DNA from: Squalus acanthias
Taxonomy: Eukaryota
DNA: 64,000 nt
Direction: 5' to 3'
NCBI GenBank assembly: GCA_030390025.1
Contig: CM059432.1
Span: forward strand, 19,904,001 to 19,968,000
In this document: piece after piece, positions 25,444 to 37,785 of the stretch
How positions within the stretch are numbered: the stretch's first letter is position 1
How the letters are laid out: each line of letters starts with the position of its first letter
Program-made: the position numbers and the translations under genes
The notes under the pieces: model-generated
Databases searched by the model: none
The model's input: only the letters and a program-made list of their open reading frames with translations
Told to the model about the DNA's origin: nothing

Positions 25444-25724
25444 GATACATGTGCCATGAAAGAGATTACGGTGAGCAGGTACCGTCCAAATGCTTTGGGA
25501 GTGGGAGAATACTGTTGCAGGCTGGGGAAAAATAACTGTCACTCCAATACATACAGGATGGCATGTGTGGGTGATGCTGCCCGACGCTACTCAATGTCGC
25601 AATGCACTAACGGTGTAAACATGGTAAAGAGTCGTTGCTCCCTCGTGATCTCTCAGAACACGATCCAGGCCCAGCTCAATTCCAAGAATGAAGACCATAC
25701 ACCAGGAGTAGTCTTTTTTTATAA

Positions 25725-26092
25725 ATTCAGTGCAGTACTTAGGAGTGCTGCATGGTTAAAGGTGCCGTCTTTCGGACGAGGCATTAAACAGAGGTCCGAT
25801 TTGACCTTTGACCATGGGATGCAAAAGATCCCATGATCCTGTTCGAAGAAGAGCAAGGGGATTCAACTGGTGAACTAGCCAATAATTATCCCTCGACCAT
25901 CACTACCAAATTAGATTAGCTGGGCATTTATCTCATTGCTGCTTGTAGGACCTTCCTGTGTGCAAATTGGCTGCCATGCTCACCTGCATAACAATGGCGA
26001 ACACACTTCAAAAATACTCCTTTGGCTGTGAAGCACTTTGGGAAGTCCTGAGAATGTTAAAGGTACCATATGCATGGAAGTTATTTCTTTCT
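25725..26092 (+). mobile_element. DeuSINE, 5'-truncated and diverged
   Basis: GGTGCCGTCTTTCGGA...AAAAGATCCCATG...GAAGAAGAGCA. Confidence 0.75.
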
Positions 26093-26155
26093 TCAATCAA
26101 GGGAGATGCACATACAGATTGATCGTTAGTACACCAATAATTATTCTGACATTGT

Positions 26156-26325
26156 GGGCGTAAAATTTGGTTGGCGGTAGCGCAAAGCTGCCGATAGTTC
26201 ATAGGCAGCCCGTTTTAAACTGCTTCCGATTTTCTTTTCCATGGAAAAGTTCGATCGGAGTGTAAAACAGGCCGCCTATGCGCAACGGCCGTTTCACACT
26301 CGTGCCCGAGACAAATTTCACCCCC
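26156..26325. mobile_element. Whole-element hairpin MITE (170 bp)
   Basis: GGGCGTAAAATTTG / CAAATTTCACCCCC; centre CTTTTCCATGGAAAAG is a perfect palindrome. Confidence 0.75.
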
Positions 26326-26332
26326 ATATTCA

Positions 26333-27060
26333 ATCATACAATCATACAGCACAGAAAGAGGCCATTCGGCCCATCGTGTCTGTGAAAGAAAGACTTGCAT
26401 TTATATAGCGCCTTTCACGACCACCGGACGTCCCACAGTGCTTTACAGCCAATACTTGTAGGAAACACGGCAGCCAATTTAATCTGATTGAGTGATGTTG
26501 ATTGAGGGATAAATATTGGCCAGGACACCAGGGATAACTTCCCTGCTCTTCTTCGAAATAGTGCTATGGGATCTTTTATGTCTACTTGAGAGAGCAGACG
26601 GGGCCTTGGTATAATTCTCATCCGAAAGACGGCATCTCCAACAGTGCAGCGCTCCCCTCAGTACTACACTGGAGTGTTAGCCTAGATTTTTGTGCTCAAG
26701 TCTCTGGAGTGGGACTTAAACCCACTACCTTCTGACTCAGAGGCGAGGGTGCTACCCACTGAGCCACAGCTGACACTATTGTGACACTGTGTCAGCTCTT
26801 TGGAAGAGCTATCCAATTAGTCCCACTCCCCTGCTCTTTCCCTATAGCCCTGTTATATAAAAGCAAATTTTTCATTTTCAAGGAATTCCCTTTTGAAAGT
26901 TACAATTGAATCTGCTTCCACCACCCTTTCAGGCTGTGCATTCCAGATCATAACAACTCGCTACTTAAAAAAAATTCTCCTCACCTCCCCCTGGTTCTTT
27001 TGCCAATTATCTTAAATCTGTGTCCTCTGGTTACTGACGCTCCTGCCAGTAGAAACAGTT
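26333..27060 (-). mobile_element. CR1 3' fragment interrupted by a SINE
   Basis: CR1 3' UTR resumes after the SINE; matches the 30214 and 52966 subfamily. Confidence 0.8.
26385..26776 (-). mobile_element. Near-complete tRNA-derived DeuSINE
   Basis: Pol III A box TGGCTCAGTGG, B box GGTTTAAGTCCC, Deu core, CTTT-repeat tail. Confidence 0.88.
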
Positions 27061-27235
27061 TGTAACATATGTAATTCTCTTTATTTATCAAAATACTTCA
27101 TACCTATAATACATTAAAATCTTAGGTCTGTATCCAATCTATAAAACGTTACTTCCCATTATCATGGCTTTGGCACACATCCTTCAACTTTTTACCAGTA
27201 CAAATTCCTGTAACCACAGTTATAATGGAAACTGC

Positions 27236-28999
27236 GGCCGCGATTTTCCCTACCTCGGCAGGTCCGTGGCGGGTGACATCGGTGGCGGTCGCAGCCTTGC
27301 TGCTGGCTCCATCCCAGCCACTGACATGACTTTCCCCTGATTAGGCTTGTTAAGCCCACCCAGCGCGTTTCCCGGCCAATTAGAGGAAGCGGGTCTGATG
27401 ACGTCATTTGATGACACGTCATCAGCTGGTTTCCTTAAAGGGACCATGCGCAAATTTACTTTGACATTAGTGCCGTCAGTGTTCTACAGCATTGAGGTGC
27501 TGCAAACACTGACAAGCACTGCACAGAGGTGCAGGGCTGCACCCAGGCTCTCCCATGACTCCCTCCATATGCCTATGGAGGGAGTCACAGCACGCAGGGA
27601 GGTCCTCTTCTGTTCCAATGGGTGGAAGAGACCTCCCCAGGAGACCAACGCAGCCTGGTTGCACATTGCACAGGAGGGACACAAGCAGGGATGTGGTAAG
27701 GCGGACCAGGCTGCAGAGGCGCAAACCTTTCAATGATCTCAGTAGATCAGGAAACATTACTGCAAAGCCACACTCAACCTCATCCTGCTGTGCCACTGCT
27801 CACATCCCCATCACTCTGCCTTCCCTACCCTACTCCTGCACATCCTTACTCACACCAACTTACCTTGCACCTCCACCCATCCCTCTCTATCTACATTATC
27901 ACTTCCCCATCTCACTAGCCACCCCTCACACTCACCCACATCCTAGTGCAATCATACCAACTAACAACACACTTGGGTAGGCACTTGTGTGTTTTAGCCA
28001 ATGTTCATGTGAAGTTTCTGTTATCGTGCTATCAAACATTGAAATCTTTATTTTCAACACTTCGTGTTCTTGGACACATTTGTGTGCACCTTTGGAAGTG
28101 GCTTAGTGAGTTGCAGTGAATGGTGAGACATAACGGTACCCCCCCCCAATGCTGATGAGTATGAAAGGAATGGCTTGGGCATTGTAGGGATGCTTTATGG
28201 TGTTGGTGTGGGGTGATACCAATCTGGCGCATCATGTGGCAGCCAGGGTGTACAGCGTCAAATGAAGTAAATGTGGCCATGGTGAGGCCATCCCTGGCGT
28301 CCCGGGCAGCAATGTACTCGGGTGCTGATGCCCTGTGTCCTGTGCAGCATCAAATGATTGAGAGAAGGTTGGCGTGGTTATTGGGGCTGCTGGTGTGCCT
28401 GGTGCTGCTGGTGTTGGGGCTGATCATGGTCAGATTCTGAGGACCAAGGTGAGAGAGTATAAAGTATTCCACGCTGATGGAATAGATGGCAGGTGAAGTA
28501 GAGATGACAGAAGCGATCTGTCATTGGTGGGAGAGGTAATGAGGTCAGACTGAATGGAGACTTGTGTAAAGACTTGCAGCATCCTGAATCTGTAGTGGAA
28601 ATGCAGTTTAGAGAAGCTAGTGCCTAAGGGAACATTTCTCAGTTAGCTGGGAGCTTTGACTTGACATATGAAGCTGACAACTCATCAGCTGATTCAATGG
28701 CCAATGACCTCCCGCCTCAGCTTCACAGACGAGGTCTAGGCACAGCGGGAAACCGGTGGGCGACCTGCCAAATTCAAAAAGCTGGGGAAAGAAAGCATTG
28801 CTGTAAACAAGCCACTAATGATTTGAAATGGGTCCCCTGCCACTGCCCGTCATGTCTGCTCACCGCTGGCAGACCCGACATCATGAAATGCAGGTGTGCG
28901 TGTTTTGACAGCGGGTTCCCGACCTGCTGTCAATCATTTTAAATTTCACAGCTGACCCGCCACCCATCCCGTCCGCTGAGCGCCGGCAAAATCGCGGCC
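27236..28999 (+). mobile_element. Harbinger non-autonomous transposon (1764 bp) with a frameshifted Myb/SANT-like relic at ~27520-27752
   Basis: Perfect 12-bp TIRs GGCCGCGATTTT / AAAATCGCGGCC; RAAPRLSHDSL...RREVLF...AWLHIAQE / TSRDVVRRT...RKPFNDLSRSG. Confidence 0.82.
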
Positions 29000-29442
29000 T
29001 CCCTGTGTAAACTTGTCATGCTAATTACACTCTCCTGCCAGAGGTGGCAATGTAACGCCTCAGTTTTGCCTCACAGCCTGTACTGCAAAGAAAATTATGC
29101 TCCAACCATTTCTTTGCTTCCCAAATTGTTATAAGTTTTCCTATTTAACTGTAAACAATAACAATTCAAAGTATGAATGATCATTAAATGTGGCCTTGCC
29201 AGCTTTGCCCACATTCCCGAAGAGAGAAATAAAAATAATGAAGTGTGTATGTGAGTGAGTGAGCGAATGAGTGAGACACCACACATTCTTGAGCTAATAT
29301 GAGCAACTGCTTCACATTATGTGAAAGGCATTCTCCCCTGTGGTACAATGCACTGATCCAGTCCTTCATGTTCCTATCAGTTGGCAATGAGACACCTCTG
29401 TAATTATTTGATGATGTTGCCAGTCAGAAGTTTGAAGTACCT

Positions 29443-29602
29443 GGGGCGTGAAATTCACCCTGGGCTGCAAAGCTGATGATAGCGAATCAACAGCTCGTTT
29501 TACATTCTGCCAAATGTTATTTTCTGGTATGGAGAGTGCAAAGCAGGCTGCCAATTCGCAATCGCCCATTTTGCACTCCTGCCCAAGATTAAGTTTATCC
29601 CC
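29443..29602. mobile_element. Old hairpin MITE
   Basis: GGGGCGTGAAATTCACCCTGGGC / GCCCAAGATTAAGTTTATCCCC. Confidence 0.55.
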
Positions 29603-30213
29603 ATGATCTCTGTTGATTTCTGCATTTCAAACAATTACCAGCCTTTCCTTTGAACAGAATGGAGAAAATCATTCCGATAATTCAGCTTTTAAGGCATGGT
29701 AATAACAGAGAGCTTTTCTACCCCATTGTCAGAAGACACAGCTAGAATTGCTCTTCCAGAAACACACAAAACATCCCTTCAACACTTGAAGAACAATGTA
29801 TAGTTAAATGTGGAGAAAGCCTAAACCAATTACTGTATTTCCAAAAAGTAAAATCACCTGCAATCAAAAAAGGTGTAGCTGTTTGAATAGTGTTCATTTG
29901 ATGTACAGCACAGTTCACAAGCAGCAAGAGAATTAACGTTTTTAAAAGAGGTTTACATCTACCAAGTGATTAATGATGGAACAGCACTAATTTGTACGCC
30001 ACAGTAGGACTGCTTTGTTTGTTATATGCAGTGAATAATAAGCATGTAAGTGCATTTAAAATTTGCTATATGTAGTGACCAGAACAATTCTTTCTCCCCA
30101 TATTTCTAATGGTATGGTATATATCTCCAACTTAATTCACCTTCAATCCCATCATATTTAGTATTTCCTATGTTTCACTTTTTATAGGATACTCATTATG
30201 GATGGTCCTTCAG

Positions 30214-31760
30214 TAGAATCATAGAATGGTTACAGTACAGAAGGAGGCCATTCAGCCCGTCGAGCCCGTGCCGGCTCGCTGCAAGAGCACTTCAGCTAGT
30301 CCCACTCCCCCGCCCTTTCCCTGTAGCCTTGCAATTTTTTTTCCTTCAGGTACTTATCCAATTGCCTTTTGAAAGCCATGATTGAGACTGCCTCCACCAC
30401 CCTTTCAGGCAGTGCATTCCAGATCCTAACCCCTTGCTGCGTAAAAAAGTTTTCCCTCATGTCACCTTCGGTTCTTTTGCCAATCACCTTAAATCTGTAT
30501 CCTCTGGTTCTTGACCTTTTTCCAATGGGAACAGTTTCTCTCTATCTACTCTGTCTAGGCCCCACATGATTTTGAACATCTCTATCAAATCTCCTCTCAA
30601 CCTTCTCTGCTCTAGCTTCTCCAGTCTATCCACGTAACTGAAGTCCCTCATCCTGGAATCATTCTCGAAAATCTTTTCTGCACCCTCTCTAAGGCCTTCA
30701 CATCCTTCCTAAAGTGCGGTGCCCAGAATTGGATGCAATACTCCAGTTGAGGCCAAATCAGTGTTTTATACAGGTTCATCATAACTTCCTTGCTTTTGTA
30801 CTCTATGCCTCTATTTATGAAGCCAAGGATCCCGTATGCTTTTTTAACTGCTGTCTCAACCTGCCCTGCCACCTTCAACGATTTGTGCACATATATCCCC
30901 AGGTCTCTCTGTTCATGCACCCGTCTTTAGGATTGTACCCTTTATTTTATATTGCCTCTCCTTGTTCTTCCTACCAAAATGTATCACTGTGCACTTTTCT
31001 GCTTTAAATTTCATCTGCCACGTGTCTGCCCATTTCACCAGCCTGTCTATGTCTTCTTGAAGTCCATCACTAAACTCCTCACTATACTTCCAGGTTTTGT
31101 GTTCATCTGCAAATTTTGAAATTGTGCCCTGTACACCCAAGTCCAAGTCATTAATATATATCAAGAAAAGCAGTGGTCCTAGTAACGACCCCTGGGAAAC
31201 ACCACTGTATACCTTCCTCCAGTCCGAAAAACAACTGTTCACCACTACTCTCTGTTTCCTGTCACTTAACCAGTTTCATATCCATGCTGCCACTGTCCCT
31301 TTTATTCCATGGGCTTCAGCTTTTCTGGTAAGCCTATTATGTGGCACTTTATCAAACGCCTTTTGGAAGCCCATGTACACCATGTTAACCGCATTGCCCT
31401 CATCAAAACTCTCTGTTACCTCATCAAGAAAACCGATCTGCCTTTTACAAATCCGTGCTGGATTTCCTTAATTAATCCACACTTGTACAAGGGACAGTTA
31501 ACTTTGTCCCTGATTATCGTTTCCAGAAGTTTCCCCACTACTGAAGTTAAACTGACTGGCCTGTAGTTGCTGGATTTATCCTTGCACCCTTTTTTGAACA
31601 ACGGTGTAACATTTGCAATTGTCCAGTCCTCTGGCACCGCCCCCCCGTATCTAAGGAGGATTGGAAGATTATGGCCAGTCCCTCAGCGATTTCCTCCTTA
31701 ACTTCCCTCAGCATCCCATCCGGTCCTGGTGATTTATCAACTTTAAGTACAGACAGCCAG
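30214..31760 (-). mobile_element. 5'-truncated CR1 LINE
   Basis: NVTPLFKKG, NYRPVSLTS, GVSQGSLLGP and WNALP; TAGAATCA tail. Confidence 0.92.
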
Positions 31761-31939
31761 TCGGGACATTGTGGAATAACAACAGAAAATGCTGGAAACA
31801 CGCAGCAGATCAGGCAGCATCGTGGAGAGAGAAACAGAGTTAATGTTTCAGGGCAATGATCCTTCGTCAGAACTGGAAAGAGTAACAGATTTTTAATCAA
31901 GTGTAGGGGCAGGGAAAGGGAGGAGGGGAGGAAAGAACA

Positions 31940-34900
31940 TATGTAGTGAAATAGAGGAAAGTGAAAGGCAGACAGAAATAAATGGTAAAAGGGTGAGGAA
32001 CAAAAAACAAAGGGCCAAACCAATTCATAAAAAATGTGAGCATAAAAAAAGCCTGAGGGTTTTATACCTTAATGCGAGAAGCATCAGGAACAAGGTAGAT
32101 GAATTAGCTGTGGAAATAGAGGTTAATAATTATGATCTAATTGGGATTACGGAAACATGGTTGCAGGGTGAGCAGGGCTGGGAGCTTAACATACAGGGGT
32201 ATTCAGTATTTAGGAAGGATCGACAAAAAAGAAAGGGAGGAGGGGTAGCATTGCTGGTAAAAGAAGGGATAAATGCAATTGAAAGGAAGGATATTAACTC
32301 AGTTAATACAGAATCTATATGGGTGGAGCTAAGAAATAGCGAGGGGCGAAAAACATTAATAGGAGTGGTATATAGGCCTCCAAATAGTAAAATAGAGGTT
32401 GGGGAGGGCATCACGAGGGAAATTAGAGAAGCGTGCAATAAGAGCACAGCTGTCATCATAGGTGACTTTAACTTACATATAGATTGGAATAGCCTAATCA
32501 GTAAAAATAATGAGGAGGAGGAATTCCTTGAGTGTTTAAGGGATGGTTATCTGGATCAATATGTCGAGGAACCAACTCGGGAACAGGCTATATTGGACTG
32601 GGTACTGTGCAATGAGAAGGGACTAATTAGTAATCTTGTTGTACGGGGACCCTTGGGTCAGAGCGATCATAACATGATCGATTTCTCACTCGAAATGGAG
32701 AGCGAAGAAATTGACTCAGATACTAAGGTCCTGAATTTAAACAAGGGGAATTATGATGCCATTAGACGGGAACTGAGTAGGTCTGATTGGACAACGTTCC
32801 TGGGAGGACTGGAGGTAGATAAACAATGGCAAGCATTTAAAGATAGAATGACAAAATTGCAAAAATTGTTTATACCAATCTGGCATAAAAGGAAATCTAA
32901 AAAGGTGACTCAACCGTGGATAACAGGGGAAATTAGAGACAGCATAAAATCCAAAGATAGGGCGTATAAAATAGCCAAAAAAAGCGCCAGACCGGAAGAT
33001 TGGGAACAGTTTAAGATAGAGCAAAGGAGGACAAAGGGCTTAATCAAGAGGGGCAAAATAGCTTACGAAAGCAAGCTGGCGGAAAATATAAAAACTAACT
33101 CCAAAAGCTTTTATAAGTATATCAAGAGGAAAAGACTGGTGAAAACCAAAGTTGGCCCATTGCAGTCAGATACGGGGGAATATATAACGGGAAATAAAGA
33201 AATGGCAGACCAACTAAATGCATACTTTGGGTCAGTCTTTACGAAGGAAGACACAAAAAACCTCCCTGGGATGTCGGGAAAAATAGGGACATTTGCAAAG
33301 GAGGAACTGACGCAAGTCAATATCTCTAAGGATATGGTGTTAAGGAAGCTAAAGGGATTGAAGGCGGACAAATCCCCAGGGCCTGATAACATGCATCCTA
33401 GGGTGCTGAAGGAGGTGGCCCTAGAGATAGCGGATGCACTAAGAATGATTTTTCAGAATTCATTAGACTCGGGAACAGTGCCCATGGATTGGAGGGTAGC
33501 TAACGTTACCCCACTATTCAAAAAGGGGGGTAGGGAAAAAGCAGGTAATTACAGACCTGTAAGCCTTACATCAGTTGTGGGCAAAATGCTGGAGTCCATC
33601 ATTAAGGATGAAATAGCGGAGCACTTAGCAAATGGGGACAGGATAGGACAGAGTCAACATGGATTTACAAAGGGTAAATCGTGCTTGACTAATCTATTGG
33701 AATTTTTTGAGGGAGTAACTGGTAAAATAGATGGGGGAGAGCCAGTAGATGTGGTGTACCTGGACTTCCAAAAGGCCTTCGATAAGGTCCCACATAAAAG
33801 ATTAGCAGGGAAAATTGAAGCTCATGGGATAAAGGGGAAAGTATTGACGTGGATAGAGAACTGGCTGTCAGATAGAAAACAGAGAGTTGGAATAAACGGC
33901 TCATTTTCTGAATGGCAGGCAGTAACAAGTGGGGTACCACAGGGATCTGTCCTGGGTCCCCAGCTGTTCACAATTTACATTAATGACCTGGATCAGGGAG
34001 TCGGATGCAGCATTTCCAAATTTGCAGACGACACTAAACTAGGAGGGGGGGTGGGCTCAGAGGAGGAGACCAGGAAGCTCCAGAGCGATTTGGACAGACT
34101 GGGTGATTGGGCGGATAAATGGCAGATGCACTATAATGTGGACAAGTGCGAAGTTATCCACCTTGGGTGCAGGAACGGGAGGGCAAATTATTATTTAAAT
34201 GGCAATAAATTGGGAGAGGGGGAAGTACAGAGAGACCTGGGTGTTCTTGTACACCAGTCACTGAAGGCGAGCATGCAGGTGCAACAGGCGGTCAAGAAGG
34301 CAAACGGTATGCTGGCCTTCATAGCAAAAGGGTTGGAATACAGGAACAGGGATACCTTGCTGCAGCTGTACAGGGCACTGGTGAGACCACACCTCGAGTA
34401 CTGTGTACAGCTTTGGTCGCCTCATCTGAGGAAAGATGTTCTTGCCATGGAGGGGGTGCAGCGGCGATTCACCAGGCTGATACCAGGAATGGCGGGATTG
34501 ACCTATGAGGAGAGACTATGTAGTTTAGGGATGTACACACTGGAGTTTAGAAGATTGAGAGGGGACCTCATAGAAGTGTATAAAATTCTGACAGGTCTAG
34601 ACAGACTAGATGCAGAAGGAATGTTTCCCTTGGCGGGTGAGAACAGAACTAGAGGACATAATTTAAGGATAAGGGCTAAACCATTTAGGACAGAAATGAG
34701 GGGGAATTTCTTCACTCAGAGGGTGGTGAACCTGTGGAACTCATTGCCACAGAGGGCAGTGTACGCCAGCTCATTAAATATATTTAAGAGGGAATTAGAT
34801 ATATTTCTACAGGCAAAAGGGGTTAAGGGTTACGGAGAGAAGGCGGGGACGGGATACTGAATTGGAGGATCAGCCATGATCTCATTAAATGGCGGAGCAG

Positions 34901-34960
34901 GCTCGAAGGGCCGGATGGCCTACTCCTGCTCCTATCTTCTATGTATCTATGTATCTATGT
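31940..34960 (+). mobile_element. Young CR1 LINE with complete ORF2, lacking ORF1
   Basis: TSD AACA (31936-31939, 34961-34964); 3' UTR with AGGCTCGAAGGGCCGGATGGCCT; (ATCTATGT)n tail. Confidence 0.95.
31993..34860 (+). CDS. CR1 ORF2: APE endonuclease plus reverse transcriptase (955 codons, no stops)
   Basis: YLNARS, GITETW, GGGVAL, VYRPP, GDFN and SDH (APE); [25 protein letters not shown] and FADD (RT). The track start is GTG and the frame is open back to the 5' junction. Confidence 0.95.
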   Translation: MRNKKQRAKPIHKKCEHKKSLRVLYLNARSIRNKVDELAVEIEVNNYDLIGITETWLQGEQGWELNIQGYSVFRKDRQKRKGGGVALLVKEGINAIERKDINSVNTESIWVELRNSEGRKTLIGVVYRPPNSKIEVGEGITREIREACNKSTAVIIGDFNLHIDWNSLISKNNEEEEFLECLRDGYLDQYVEEPTREQAILDWVLCNEKGLISNLVVRGPLGQSDHNMIDFSLEMESEEIDSDTKVLNLNKGNYDAIRRELSRSDWTTFLGGLEVDKQWQAFKDRMTKLQKLFIPIWHKRKSKKVTQPWITGEIRDSIKSKDRAYKIAKKSARPEDWEQFKIEQRRTKGLIKRGKIAYESKLAENIKTNSKSFYKYIKRKRLVKTKVGPLQSDTGEYITGNKEMADQLNAYFGSVFTKEDTKNLPGMSGKIGTFAKEELTQVNISKDMVLRKLKGLKADKSPGPDNMHPRVLKEVALEIADALRMIFQNSLDSGTVPMDWRVANVTPLFKKGGREKAGNYRPVSLTSVVGKMLESIIKDEIAEHLANGDRIGQSQHGFTKGKSCLTNLLEFFEGVTGKIDGGEPVDVVYLDFQKAFDKVPHKRLAGKIEAHGIKGKVLTWIENWLSDRKQRVGINGSFSEWQAVTSGVPQGSVLGPQLFTIYINDLDQGVGCSISKFADDTKLGGGVGSEEETRKLQSDLDRLGDWADKWQMHYNVDKCEVIHLGCRNGRANYYLNGNKLGEGEVQRDLGVLVHQSLKASMQVQQAVKKANGMLAFIAKGLEYRNRDTLLQLYRALVRPHLEYCVQLWSPHLRKDVLAMEGVQRRFTRLIPGMAGLTYEERLCSLGMYTLEFRRLRGDLIEVYKILTGLDRLDAEGMFPLAGENRTRGHNLRIRAKPFRTEMRGNFFTQRVVNLWNSLPQRAVYASSLNIFKRELDIFLQAKGVKGYGEKAGTGY

Positions 34961-35175
34961 AACAAAGGGAAGGTCTGTGATGGGCTGGAAGGCAGGAGAG
35001 ATTAAAAGACAAAGGGGATGATGGTGCGAGGCAAAAGGAGATGGTAATGGGACAAGTTGGAAACAAAAGATGACTCTAGATGAGGTGTAAATGGCAATGG
35101 CAGAATCATCAACAGCTGCCATATGAGAGGAAAAAACAGAAAAAAGATAAAATATAAAAAAAATAGGGGTCGAGG

Positions 35176-35850
35176 TTATAGTCTGAAATTGTTGAACTCG
35201 ATGTTAAGTTCAGAAGGCTGTAAAGTGCCTATTCGAAAGTTGAGGTGCTGTTCCTCGAGCTTACATTGAGCTTCATTGGAACAGTGTAAGAGGCCAAGGA
35301 TGGAGAGGCCAGAGTGGGAGTGGAGTGGAGAATTAAAGTGACAGGCTACCGGAAGCTCGGGGTCACGCTTATGGACTGAACGGAGGTGTTCCGCAAAGCG
35401 GTCACCCAATCTCCGTTTGGTCTCCCCAATGTAGAGGAGACCGCATCGTGAGCAGCGAATACAGTATACTAAATTGCAAGTAGTACAAGTAAATCGCTGT
35501 TTCACCTGGAAGGAGTGTTTGGGGCCCTGGACAGTGGGAAGGGTGGAGGTAAAAGGGCAGGTGTTGCATCTCCTGCACTTGCACGGGAAGGTGCCAGGCG
35601 AAGGGGAAGGGGTGTTGGATGTGATAGAGGAGTGGACCAGCGTGTCGGGGAGGGAGCGGTCCCTTCGGAATGCTGAAAGGGGAGGGGAGGGGAAGATGTG
35701 TTTGGTAGTGGGATCATGCTGGAGGTGGCAGAAATGGCGGAGGATGATCTGTTGAATGTGGAGGCTGGTGGGGTGAAAGGTGAGGACAAGGGGAACCCTA
35801 TCGTGGTTCCGGGAGGGAGGGGAAAGGGTGAGAGCAGAAGTGTGGGAAAT
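35176..35850 (-). pseudogene. Penelope GIY-YIG endonuclease domain (5'-truncated ORF)
   Basis: RVPLVLTFHP, PCKCRRCNTC, NLVYCIRCSRCGLLYIGETKRRLGDRFAEH, HFN, LNIEF. Confidence 0.88.
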
Positions 35851-36615
35851 GGAAGGGATACTGTGTGGACGCAGACACAGATTCCTGTCAATCTGCTTTA
35901 GACTGTCTGACAATTGATATAGTTCAATCTCACATATGGAATCACATGGATGATGCAGCAGGTTAAGGTATGACTGTTTAACGATTACCTCTCAAACATA
36001 AAACCTTCTCATCAGGGAAGTTCAATCACTGCGTTGCCCTCCTTCTCCTTTGTCCTTTTTTCACTTTACTAGTTCTAATAATGTGTCACATTCTGACCCA
36101 AACAACTTTTGAAATGGAGCAGAAAACAACTCACTGTATTCCGCAGGCACAATAGAATCAGACTTGAGTGCTTTGAAAATGCCTCTTAACTAAAAGCTTA
36201 TCTTCAGTACGACTATGGGCTTTGGTAGTAAATGGAGTCCTAGTCCAGTTTCAAACTATAGCTTCATTGTGCTTGAGAACTGCACAATTTCTAAATGTTG
36301 AACAAACAGTTCTAACGTGCCAGTTTCAAAGAAGCACTTGGAATAATCCCAGGCTCTGCTTGGAAAGGTTTTTGTTTGTTCCATCTTGTAAGTAAAAGCA
36401 ACTTCAGTGTGACTGGGTGGCACATGGGGTTAAGGCACCAAGGGCAGGATATTCTCTTGAGTTGCGTTCTAGTATTACTCCGACAGGTGTGGCAGAACAT
36501 TGGGTGGGACCCCATACCGCTGGGCCCCCAACCATTTCTACGCCTGTAGCAATCGTCCAACAACACTTCTGCTGGACGCCAGAAGCATTTGGATGGGCGT
36601 TTTCAAATAAGACAC

Positions 36616-37345
36616 AGGATTACATAGGATATACGGCGCAGAAACAGGCCATTCGGCCCAACCAGTCCATGCCGGCATTTATGCTCCACACGAGCCTCCT
36701 CCTGTCTTTCCTCATCTAAATCTATCAGCATAACCCTCTATTCCCTTCTCCCTCATATGCTTGTCCAGCCTTTCCTTAAATGCATCCATACTATTCACTT
36801 CAACCACTCCCTGTGGTAGCGAGTTCCACATTCTCACCACTCTTTGGGTAAAGAGGTTTCTTCTGAATTCCCTATTGGATTCCTGGGTGACTATCTTATA
36901 TTGATGGTCTCTAGTTATGCTCTTCGCCACAAGTGGAAACATTCTCTCTGTATCCACTCTATCAAAATTTTTCATAATTTTAAAGACCTCTATCAAGAGA
37001 AAAGAGACCCAGCCTGTTCATCCTTTCCTGATATGTAGACCGTCGCATTTCTGGTATCATCCTTGTAAACCTTCTCTGCACCCTCTCCAGTGCCTCGATA
37101 TCCTTTTTATAATATGGCGACCAGAACTGTACGCAGTACTCTAAGGGTGGTCTAACCAAGGTTCGATACAAGTTTAGCATAACTTCCCTACTTTTCAATT
37201 CTATCCCTCCAGAAATAAACCCTAGTGCTTGGTTTGATTTTTTTTATGGCCTTGCTAACCTGTGTCGCAACTTTTAGTGATTTGTGTATTTGTACTCTGA
37301 GATCCCTTTGTTCCTCTACCCAACCTAGACTCCCACCCTCCAACT
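36616..37345 (-). mobile_element. CR1 3' fragment
   Basis: LVRPPLEYCVQFWSP and WNSLP; same subfamily as 8352 and 46790. Confidence 0.9.
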
Positions 37346-37429
37346 GATAAGTGACCTCCCTCCAAAAGTTGCACTGTTCCACCTTCATGACCAAGGAAGA
37401 TAGCATGGATGACCCTCCCTCCAAGGCCT

Positions 37430-37785
37430 TGCCCATCCCTATCTCTGTAACCTCCTCATGCCCTACAACTCTCCAATAAATGTCTTCAATAACTGTGTGT
37501 TCCTCCAATTCTGGTCTCTTGTGCATCCCCAATATCCTTCAGCCCACCAGTGGTGGCCGTGCCTTCATCGGTCTAGACCCCAAGCTCTGGAATTCCCGCC
37601 CTAAACGTCTCCGCCTCTCTACCTCGCTCTCCTCCTTTAAGACGATCCTTAAAAACCTACCTTACCTGTCCTAATATCTCATGTGCATCAGTTTCAAATT
37701 TTAGCTGATAACGCTCCTGTGAAACGCCCTGGGAAGTTTTATTATGTTAAAGGCGCTATATATATATATGCAAGTTGTTGTTGTT
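37430..37785 (+). mobile_element. L2-type LINE 3' end
   Basis: GGRAF...PKLWNSRP; tail GGCGCTATATA...GCAAGTTGTTGTTG. Confidence 0.75.

Larger units (their letters stand above)
31776..35873 (-). mobile_element. Penelope-like element (GIY-YIG region, 3' UTR, terminal repeat), split by a CR1 at 31940-34960
   Basis: GIY-YIG ORF at the right end; terminal repeat with hammerhead core CTGACGA...GAAAC at 31838-31874; flanks of the CR1 rejoin via AACA. Confidence 0.88.

Noticed and set aside
26700..26776. tRNA gene
   Set aside because: The A/B boxes belong to a SINE head that continues into the Deu core; no complete cloverleaf.
32130..34715. Short antisense ORFs over the CR1 (and similar ORFs elsewhere in the track)
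   Set aside because: Shadow frames of LINE or MITE sequence with no independent coding signal.
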